In this document: in pieces, positions 24,178 through 30,559 of the stretch
Layout of the letters: the number at the start of each line of letters is the position of its first letter
Numbering within the stretch: position 1 is the stretch's first letter
IMG/VR virus record: IMGVR_UViG_3300031759_000908
Coordinates: 1-30,559 of that record
Strand: one strand, 5' to 3'
Length of the DNA stretch: 30,559 bases
Source of the DNA: a virus
Taxonomy: Duplodnaviria > Caudoviricetes
The notes under the pieces: model-generated
What the model was told of the DNA's origin: nothing
The model's input: only the letters and a program-made list of their open reading frames with translations
Databases searched by the model: none
Translations under genes and position numbers: made by a program

Positions 24178-25194
24178 TTAGTTTGTCTTTTGACGATTGC
24201 GAATCATTGCAAGGATGTCTTCAGCACGTTGAGCGCCACCTGCTGGAGGTGTTGCTACTGGTGCTGTAGGAGCCGCTGGTGCAGCTTCTGCAACTGGTGC
24301 TGGAGTTGATACTGGTGTATCTAATGCGCCGTCATCTTCATGAACTGCAGGTTCAGCTGGTGCTGAAGTAACTGCTGGAGCACTGTTAGCAGTGTCAATT
24401 TGAACACCTCTTGGTTTGTAGTAGTTACCCCAACGATCTGCGTCATATGCTTGACCATCTACTGATGCTTCAAACATTTCTTTCATAACTTTAAGTTCTA
24501 CATCACTTGGTTTCTTAGGTAAGAAATCTTTCAAGTTGTATAAGCCATGAGTTTCAATAGCTGCCGCTTCATCTGCTGTTAATGCAGATTCTTTGCGTGA
24601 CCATTTTGAAGTTGAGTAGTCAGCATAACCACCTTTTGATGTTTTAGTTACTGTAAAGTCTAAACCACCTTGGTAGTCTGTTGGTAGGTTTTCTAGTTCT
24701 GGATCTAACAATGCAGCTTTCACTAGATTGAAAATCTGTGGGCTGATGATAAACCTACGAATTGGGTTTTCTGGTGTTTTGTCATCGCTTAGAGGATTCT
24801 CACGCACAAAACCTTGGAACAAGTAACTGCGTTTTTTCCAGTACTTACGACCCATTTCTTCTAGACTTTGGTCTTTGAACCAAGTACGTACTTCTGCTAA
24901 GATTGGACATGCTTCGCCCCACATCTCAACGCATGGTACTTGAACAGTAACTGGTTTACTATCTGGTTGGCCTTTAACGCCAGCAAATGGTAAATTGATC
25001 ATTGCTCGTTCTACCCAGAAGAATGTGTTTTTTGTGTCTGCGTCTGGAAGGAAACGGATACGAGCATTTTGCCCTTCTGCAATGTTCCAGTGTGCGTAGA
25101 TGGCGTTGTCGCCGCCTTGTTGTGAGTTGTTACCTGAACTGCGTGACTCTTGCGCTTGTAGTTTTGCGCGAATTTCTGCTAATGATGTTGCCAT
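24178..25194 (-). CDS. T4 gp32-like single-stranded DNA-binding protein
   Basis: IRFLPD, C...GEACPI, YWKKRSY, G.DF...KT.KGGYADY..S.W, flexible Ala/Pro-rich tail. Confidence 0.88.
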   Translation of the reverse strand: MATSLAEIRAKLQAQESRSSGNNSQQGGDNAIYAHWNIAEGQNARIRFLPDADTKNTFFWVERAMINLPFAGVKGQPDSKPVTVQVPCVEMWGEACPILAEVRTWFKDQSLEEMGRKYWKKRSYLFQGFVRENPLSDDKTPENPIRRFIISPQIFNLVKAALLDPELENLPTDYQGGLDFTVTKTSKGGYADYSTSKWSRKESALTADEAAAIETHGLYNLKDFLPKKPSDVELKVMKEMFEASVDGQAYDADRWGNYYKPRGVQIDTANSAPAVTSAPAEPAVHEDDGALDTPVSTPAPVAEAAPAAPTAPVATPPAGGAQRAEDILAMIRNRQKTN

Positions 25195-25313
25195 AATGTT
25201 TTTCCTTTAATTTAAGTTGGTCTTTAATATGCCTAAACGTATAGTGCATTTATACATAATACGCTAATATTATTTATCTCACAAGACTAATTATAAGATA
25301 TTTTAACCAAAAC

Positions 25314-25338
25314 AAAAGGCACCCTTGAGTGCCTTTTT
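25314..25338 (-). terminator. intrinsic terminator after the 788-aa gene
   Basis: AAAAGGCAC-CCTTGA-GTGCCTTTT inverted repeat. Confidence 0.8.
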
Positions 25339-25359
25339 AATTGATATATTATTGTTGTT

Positions 25360-27726
25360 TTACTTGAGACCTGCTATTCTAAGCATTTGATCAATATCTT
25401 CTTTGAATTGTTTGTTATAATGTAATAGATCATCTTCTGAATCACCTTTGCGCATTGCTTTTGCTTGACTTGGCATAATCTTAAGTTTGTCTAATAGGCC
25501 CAATGGTTTTGCGCCCATACGTTTCATTTTTACATCTTTGTTTACATGATCATCACCAGCAACACTTTCATTTTTTCTACTGCGTAAGTGTGCAATAAAG
25601 TCTGCTAGTTTAGCATCTGGATGTTTTGATTTATACTCTTGATAGTTTTTAACAAAGTCTGGGTGTTTAGGATCGTCTAATTCATATGCATCACGTGTGT
25701 CATATCCTTCGCCTAATGCACGATCAAATGCTTCTTCTAATTCATGATGACCGAGACCAGCATCACGTTCTAGTTGTGCTACCCAACCACTAACATCGCT
25801 TGAGCCAATTTCATGTACAGGGCCAGCAAATTCAGCAATGTCTACTGCGGCATTTACAATACCTTCTGGGCCTAGTTTTCTTAATAATTCCAACATTCTT
25901 TCATCGCCTTGGCTACAACCAGTAAGAATTCTGCGAATAATAGCTGTTGCAATAGCATCTATGCTATTATCATCTTCGTCTTCATCTTCGCAAATACATT
26001 TATCTGCTGTGCGATCGCATGCATCACAGTAATCATGTTCTTCATATACTGTGCCGTCCATGCCGCCGTCACCAGATCCGTATGTTTTACTAAACTGTCC
26101 TGGTTCAGCACACTCATCTGCTGCATCTGATGCTACGCTTTCAGCTAGGTTTGGAAATTGTTTCATAATAGACTCAGCATCTAATTTGCCTGCGCTTGCT
26201 GGGTAGATAGTTTTAAACAATGGTTTTGTAAATTTATCTTTAGCACGAGCACCTGCAATGATTTCTTCTGCACGTTCTTTGCTAACTGGTTTACTGCGTA
26301 ATACTTTTGCTTGACCACTACGATCATAATCAACAATACAAGCTACATATAATTCTTCGTCTGATTCATCTAGATCACCACCTTCACTGCCGGTTTCGCT
26401 AGGTTCTGGTGTATCTTGGTCGCCAATTTCATCCACAACTTCTTGGAATACTGCTGGAACATTATCTTGTAACCAATCCATAATAGTATCACGTGCGTCT
26501 GCTGTTGGGTCCGCGTTGGCTAATTCTACTAGTTTGGCTTTTAGTTCATCATTTTGAATGATATCACCAATAGCATTGATAGCATTAACAGCATCAACTC
26601 CTACTGGAATTTCATCGCTAAGTGCCTCAATTAGATCGTCAGCGTTAATAGGCTCTATACCCCATTGTTTAACGCCCTCTTCATCTTCATCCCAGCCTTC
26701 AGCTACAGTGTTAGCCCAGCTTTCAAATTGTTGTGCAAATTTATTTTCTTTTTTCATTTTATAAGCCTTATGCACCAATGGTAGTGCGTCTGTCATTTTA
26801 TCATTAAATACACGCTTGATGAAGCGTTCTTTCATTTCATCCAAATTGGCTTCATCTTCTGGCAAGTAGCTAGAGTTTGATGATTCAAATTGTTCTTTGC
26901 AATGAGTGTAGCCTTTCTTACCACTCATGCGTTTAAGAGTGTTATTAAGTAGTCCGTGGTATTCAAATGCTGATTCAACCATGGCTTGAGTTTCTTGATC
27001 TTCAAATGTACGGCGGCGCACACTGTTCATAAACGGTTTAAGTTTACTGCATTCTACAGCCATTTCACAGATGTGACTACCTAGGTCATCGTGTGGTGTG
27101 CCACCTGCTGACACATGGCGTGCCATAGCACGTGCACCTGTTAGGCTCTTGAATGGCATCTTAAAACGTTCGCCTTCTGCGTTTTCAACATAGATGCTGT
27201 TGATATGACGACTACGAGCTCCTGTCATTTCATCAACTACTGGTGCATTGTGGCGTACAATAATACGAGCAGGACCAAACTTTTGATAGCTTGACTTGCT
27301 AGTACCATATAGCTTGCTTTCACCAATAACTTCATCTTTGTTGTAGGTGCTGTCTGCTTTACTTTGTTGAGCAATGTCGCGATGTTTTAGTGTCGAACGT
27401 GTGATATCTCTAGGTTCAAAACTTAACAGATTGCGTTTGGCAAATTCACGCAGTTCACGTAGGAATTGATACCAATGTTTCTTTTCGTGTTCTGTTAGGC
27501 CATCTGTGATATTCTTACTAAAGTAAACTTTTAATGATGTTTCATCAATTAAACTCATGGTAATATTACCATGGTTTTCGCCATCTACTAGGTAATCAAA
27601 ATTGAAAAAACGTGCTTTTTCAGGGTCATTTGTAGCTTTAGCGTTTTCGTCGCCTAAGCTAACATCTTCGTACCTGTCACGAATTTTTTCAAATAGACTT
27701 TCTGCAATTTTATTAACTTCTCTCAT
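25360..27726 (-). CDS. large acidic hypothetical protein, possibly virion/prohead-associated
   Basis: 788 aa between terL and SSB; TAAATA 5 nt before the ATG; modular acidic C-terminal half ending MLRIAGLK. Confidence 0.8.
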   Translation of the reverse strand: MREVNKIAESLFEKIRDRYEDVSLGDENAKATNDPEKARFFNFDYLVDGENHGNITMSLIDETSLKVYFSKNITDGLTEHEKKHWYQFLRELREFAKRNLLSFEPRDITRSTLKHRDIAQQSKADSTYNKDEVIGESKLYGTSKSSYQKFGPARIIVRHNAPVVDEMTGARSRHINSIYVENAEGERFKMPFKSLTGARAMARHVSAGGTPHDDLGSHICEMAVECSKLKPFMNSVRRRTFEDQETQAMVESAFEYHGLLNNTLKRMSGKKGYTHCKEQFESSNSSYLPEDEANLDEMKERFIKRVFNDKMTDALPLVHKAYKMKKENKFAQQFESWANTVAEGWDEDEEGVKQWGIEPINADDLIEALSDEIPVGVDAVNAINAIGDIIQNDELKAKLVELANADPTADARDTIMDWLQDNVPAVFQEVVDEIGDQDTPEPSETGSEGGDLDESDEELYVACIVDYDRSGQAKVLRSKPVSKERAEEIIAGARAKDKFTKPLFKTIYPASAGKLDAESIMKQFPNLAESVASDAADECAEPGQFSKTYGSGDGGMDGTVYEEHDYCDACDRTADKCICEDEDEDDNSIDAIATAIIRRILTGCSQGDERMLELLRKLGPEGIVNAAVDIAEFAGPVHEIGSSDVSGWVAQLERDAGLGHHELEEAFDRALGEGYDTRDAYELDDPKHPDFVKNYQEYKSKHPDAKLADFIAHLRSRKNESVAGDDHVNKDVKMKRMGAKPLGLLDKLKIMPSQAKAMRKGDSEDDLLHYNKQFKEDIDQMLRIAGLK

Positions 27727-27740
27727 GTAAGTATTTATCT

Positions 27741-29303
27741 TTAAGTGATAAAGAATGGCATTGGCTCTACAATGTCTTCTAGACTGTCTTTCATTTTAAG
27801 ATCTAATTGACTGTCAAAGCTCTGTAGCATTTGTGCCATGCGTACTATGAGTATTAGACTCATAACTAGGTCATCTGTTTCACCTGGTTTAGCCGCATAG
27901 CTAGCACCTGATGCTACAAAAGTTTTTAATTCGCTGATCAGCGGGCGGCTAACAACTGTCATGCGACGGCTTTCTATTAGATTTTTAAGTTTAGCACAGG
28001 CTGATATTTTAGTTTTATTTGTGGTATTAAAGCCCTTGCGATATCTACGGCCACTGCCGCCCATATGACGAGGTTCACTGAGGAATATGCCGCGGATATT
28101 TTCTTCGCCAATTTCACTGATACTTAACAAGGCTGCTTCACCTACAGTGTTGTTTTCAACGCTATAGTAAACACTGGTCTGTGCTACTGTTTCTGCTAGG
28201 TATTTGGTAATTTCTGTTAGGATACCAACTTGTTGTTGTATAGGAGTGCGGTTATGCTGCCATTCTGCTACTTGTTTAAATGTAGGTAACTCAAACACCT
28301 GTATACCTGCAGGGTCACCACCTGTGCCTAGGCTAGGATCTAAGGCCACTACATAGGTATATTGTGGTTCAGGCCTTTTGTACCAGCGTACTTGTCCCTG
28401 ACGTTCTATAGGATCCAGGCCAGCCATTTCAACTAAAAATCCTGGATTGATTAAGGTCTCGTCCCAGATAATAAACTCACAATCCATTTCACGACGGAAA
28501 CGTTCATCACCTAGTTGTGCTCGCTGTTGTGAGGCCCACGTTTCGTCACGGTCTGGATGTTCGTTCCAATAGCTACGGAATGCTTTAAATCCGTTAACAC
28601 CAATTTCAGTTGGGTTGCCAAATTCATCAAAGCACTTGTTAGCACCTTTCCATAGGGTAGCAAATTGGTCTTCATCGCTGTTAGGCGTTGAAGTAATAAT
28701 ACACTTACCACCAGTTGCTAGTGTGGGACTAATTGAAGTCCAGAATTCTCGTCCTATGGTAGGGCGAACGAATGCGAACTCATCTGCATATAATAATGAT
28801 ATTGACAGACCACGACCTGTGTTTTCTGTAGTTGTAGCTGAGATAATACGACTACCATTATCAAAATCAATACTACCTTTGTTGTAGCTCACAGCACCTG
28901 CACGTATAAAGTCTGGTACGCTTTCATAAGCATAGCGTATACGTTGCATGATTTCTTGTGAGCCTGTGTATTTGTGTGCGGCAATTAGGATAGTACTATC
29001 TGGCACGAACATAGCGTACCATAACAAGTAACCTGCAGCACTTGTTGACTTACCTGTTTGACGAGGCATTAGCGAAATGCTAAAGCGATAATTATGATAT
29101 GTATTGATCAGGCGTTTCTGATAGTCAAATGGTTCGTATAACATACGCCCTTTAACAGGGTGTTGTATATAGAAGTAGTTGCTCATAAAGTATTCAGGAC
29201 CCGTAATAGGGTCTGCACACTTTGCGAACTCGCGGATCTGCTCTTCAGTGAATGCTTCTTTCTGATGAGCTTTTTTAACTATTACTAGATCAGGTTTTGC
29301 CAT
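27741..29303 (-). CDS. terL: terminase large subunit, T4 gp17-like
   Basis: PFDYQ, PRQTGKS Walker A, LLYADEFAF Walker B, ITSTPN, ALDPSLG and DDLVMS nuclease motifs; start MAKPD at 29303. Confidence 0.93.
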   Translation of the reverse strand: MAKPDLVIVKKAHQKEAFTEEQIREFAKCADPITGPEYFMSNYFYIQHPVKGRMLYEPFDYQKRLINTYHNYRFSISLMPRQTGKSTSAAGYLLWYAMFVPDSTILIAAHKYTGSQEIMQRIRYAYESVPDFIRAGAVSYNKGSIDFDNGSRIISATTTENTGRGLSISLLYADEFAFVRPTIGREFWTSISPTLATGGKCIITSTPNSDEDQFATLWKGANKCFDEFGNPTEIGVNGFKAFRSYWNEHPDRDETWASQQRAQLGDERFRREMDCEFIIWDETLINPGFLVEMAGLDPIERQGQVRWYKRPEPQYTYVVALDPSLGTGGDPAGIQVFELPTFKQVAEWQHNRTPIQQQVGILTEITKYLAETVAQTSVYYSVENNTVGEAALLSISEIGEENIRGIFLSEPRHMGGSGRRYRKGFNTTNKTKISACAKLKNLIESRRMTVVSRPLISELKTFVASGASYAAKPGETDDLVMSLILIVRMAQMLQSFDSQLDLKMKDSLEDIVEPMPFFIT

Positions 29304-29307
29304 ACTG

Positions 29308-30036
29308 TTATTTAACCATCTGTTTTTTATTTTCGTAGTATCTGAGCAATGATTGACGTTGTTTTTCAACCTGTTCTTTAGATTTTGGTTTTCCTTTATG
29401 TGCTAAAGAAATTGCTTTTTTATGTTCATCTGAACGAGGAGGAATTATTTGATTAGCTCTTGCAAGTTTAATTTTAATTTTAGTTTCTTCAGATAATGGA
29501 TTTCTTTTTCTGCCAGACAATCGTATAGATATTTGTTGTTTTTGTTCTTCTGTGCGTTTCTTCCCAACATTTTTGCCCTTCATTGATTCTGATAGCTTTC
29601 TTTTAGATTCTTCACTCATTGGTTTTCTTTTTTTGCCAACGTGTGTCAGAGATAATTTCTTTTTAGTTTCTTCTGAATGTTTTCTGCCAGGTTTACCTTT
29701 TAAAGTTTCTGATTTTAGATTAGCATATTTAATACGCAATGATTCGTATATTTTAGATGTTATTTTATATCTTTGTTGAGAATTATTTTCTAATGTTGCC
29801 ATAGCCCAAGCGGCATGTACCATTTTATTTTTCGCATCACCTTCATACATTTTAGTAAGTAGAAGATGGCAAACAAAATGTTCTCTGGCTGTGAGTTTTA
29901 CAAGATTTTCTTTAAGATTGCTACCACCTAGCGATTTAGGGATAATATGATGTGTTTCGTAATAACCATCTATTAGACGATTTTTAGCATTATTGATGAT
30001 ACTGGTATAATAAGAAGTATATTTGTTTTCTAACAT
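29308..30036 (-). mobile_element. free-standing HNH homing endonuclease with NUMOD3 repeats
   Basis: ETHHIIPKSLGGSN...NLVKLTAREHFVCHLLL plus repeated (H/M/L)SEE(T/S)K.K(L/I) motifs; AT-rich; adjacent to terL. Confidence 0.9.
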
Positions 30037-30077
30037 ATAGTTATTTATCTGTTAGAAACGGTTTAATGAAGTTTAGT

Positions 30078-30311
30078 TTAGAATGGTTTTTCGTTCGTCA
30101 TCAGCGGCAGCGCGAACCACAATCTAAACCATTCTGGCGTACCAGGTTGTACATTGTGTTCATTTTGGTAGTTGATTTTTTCCATGGCAGTGATACTAGG
30201 GTTGCTACCACCTGTGCGTGTTGGGGTTTCTGGACCTTTGTATTCCACTAGCTTGCCTTGATTGTTGCCGCTCAAGCCTGCCATGTATTTGAGTTGTTCT
30301 AATTCATCCAT
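30078..30311 (-). CDS. hypothetical protein (MDELEQLKYMAGL...PGTPEWFRLWF)
   Basis: 77 aa; start overlaps the upstream stop. Confidence 0.75.
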   Translation of the reverse strand: MDELEQLKYMAGLSGNNQGKLVEYKGPETPTRTGGSNPSITAMEKINYQNEHNVQPGTPEWFRLWFALPLMTNEKPF

Positions 30312-30559
30312 TATTTTTTCTTCCTTTTAGCACCTGAATTATGTGGCACTGGGCTGGCTCTATGTACATCATCTGCTTCTCTGCTTCTAGTGTCACTCAT
30401 CTTATTAACTGGTCCTGCATCTGTCATTTCTGCGGCATCTTTGATCATATCATATTCTTCATCAGTGTAGGTAAGCAACAGTGGGTCACCAGCGAATGGA
30501 CCTGCAACTGGCATTTTGCCACCTTTCTTACCATCAGCGACTCCTAACGCTAACCCAAA
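30311..30559 (-). CDS. 3' part of a hypothetical protein entering from the right edge
   Basis: The frame of ORF 30311..30514 stays open to the window end (FGLALGVADGKKGGKMPVAG...). Confidence 0.7.
   Translation of the reverse strand, partial: FGLALGVADGKKGGKMPVAGPFAGDPLLLTYTDEEYDMIKDAAEMTDAGPVNKMSDTRSREADDVHRASPVPHNSGAKRKKK

Noticed and set aside
2043-29369. Longest-ORF starts at 3089, 5057, 13023, 15376, 16488, 22558 and 29369
   Set aside because: Downstream ATGs (3023, 5045, 13011, 15439, 16449, 22513, 29303) fit SD/promoter position, gene coupling and domain starts better.
27741-30036. Intron or intein in terL involving the HNH gene
   Set aside because: terL is continuous with all motifs in about 520 aa; the HNH ORF lies wholly upstream and no splicing elements were recognised.
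1260-30547. Remaining short (60-100 aa) antisense or alternative-frame ORFs inside long genes
   Set aside because: Nested within recognisable genes, with no motifs or SD; consistent with codon-bias shadows.
1-30559. Genome-wide TAG reassignment (code 15/16)
   Set aside because: Genes are full length and tightly packed under code 11, TAG ends several genes at plausible positions, and only one internal TAG was found.
1-30559. CRISPR array, integrase/att site or IS element
   Set aside because: No regularly spaced repeats, recombinase or transposase seen by eye.

Overview
This window is a gene-dense, mostly minus-strand segment of a large T4-related (probably jumbo/myovirus-type) phage genome in the standard genetic code. 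The right end carries core genes: a T4 gp17-like large terminase preceded by an HNH/NUMOD3 homing endonuclease, a 788-aa acidic protein, a gp32-like SSB, UvsX and UvsY. The left ~13 kb is a sugar-nucleotide/glycan locus: RmlB-like dehydratase, SDR epimerase, NDP-sugar C-methyltransferase, duplicated GT2s, cupin, nucleotidyltransferase-kinase fusion, KdsC-like phosphatase and a GatZ/KbaZ-like enzyme, plus a SleB-type hydrolase. The middle carries host-like auxiliary genes (ahpC, ahcY, an outer-membrane beta-barrel, a ferritin-like protein). The main signals missed by the ORF track are: (1) an amber-suppressor tRNA (anticodon CUA) heading a sigma70 operon whose second CDS has an in-frame TAG at codon 3, suggesting a locally suppressor-gated gene in a non-recoded genome; (2) a stand-alone 23-aa PqqA precursor peptide, hinting at a PQQ-dependent methylotroph host; (3) an OxyR-type four-tetrad site abutting the ahpC -35 box; (4) T4-like late promoter cores (TAAATA) only 5-7 nt before several ATGs, implying leaderless late mRNAs. 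All family assignments come from motif recognition by eye; no database searches were run.
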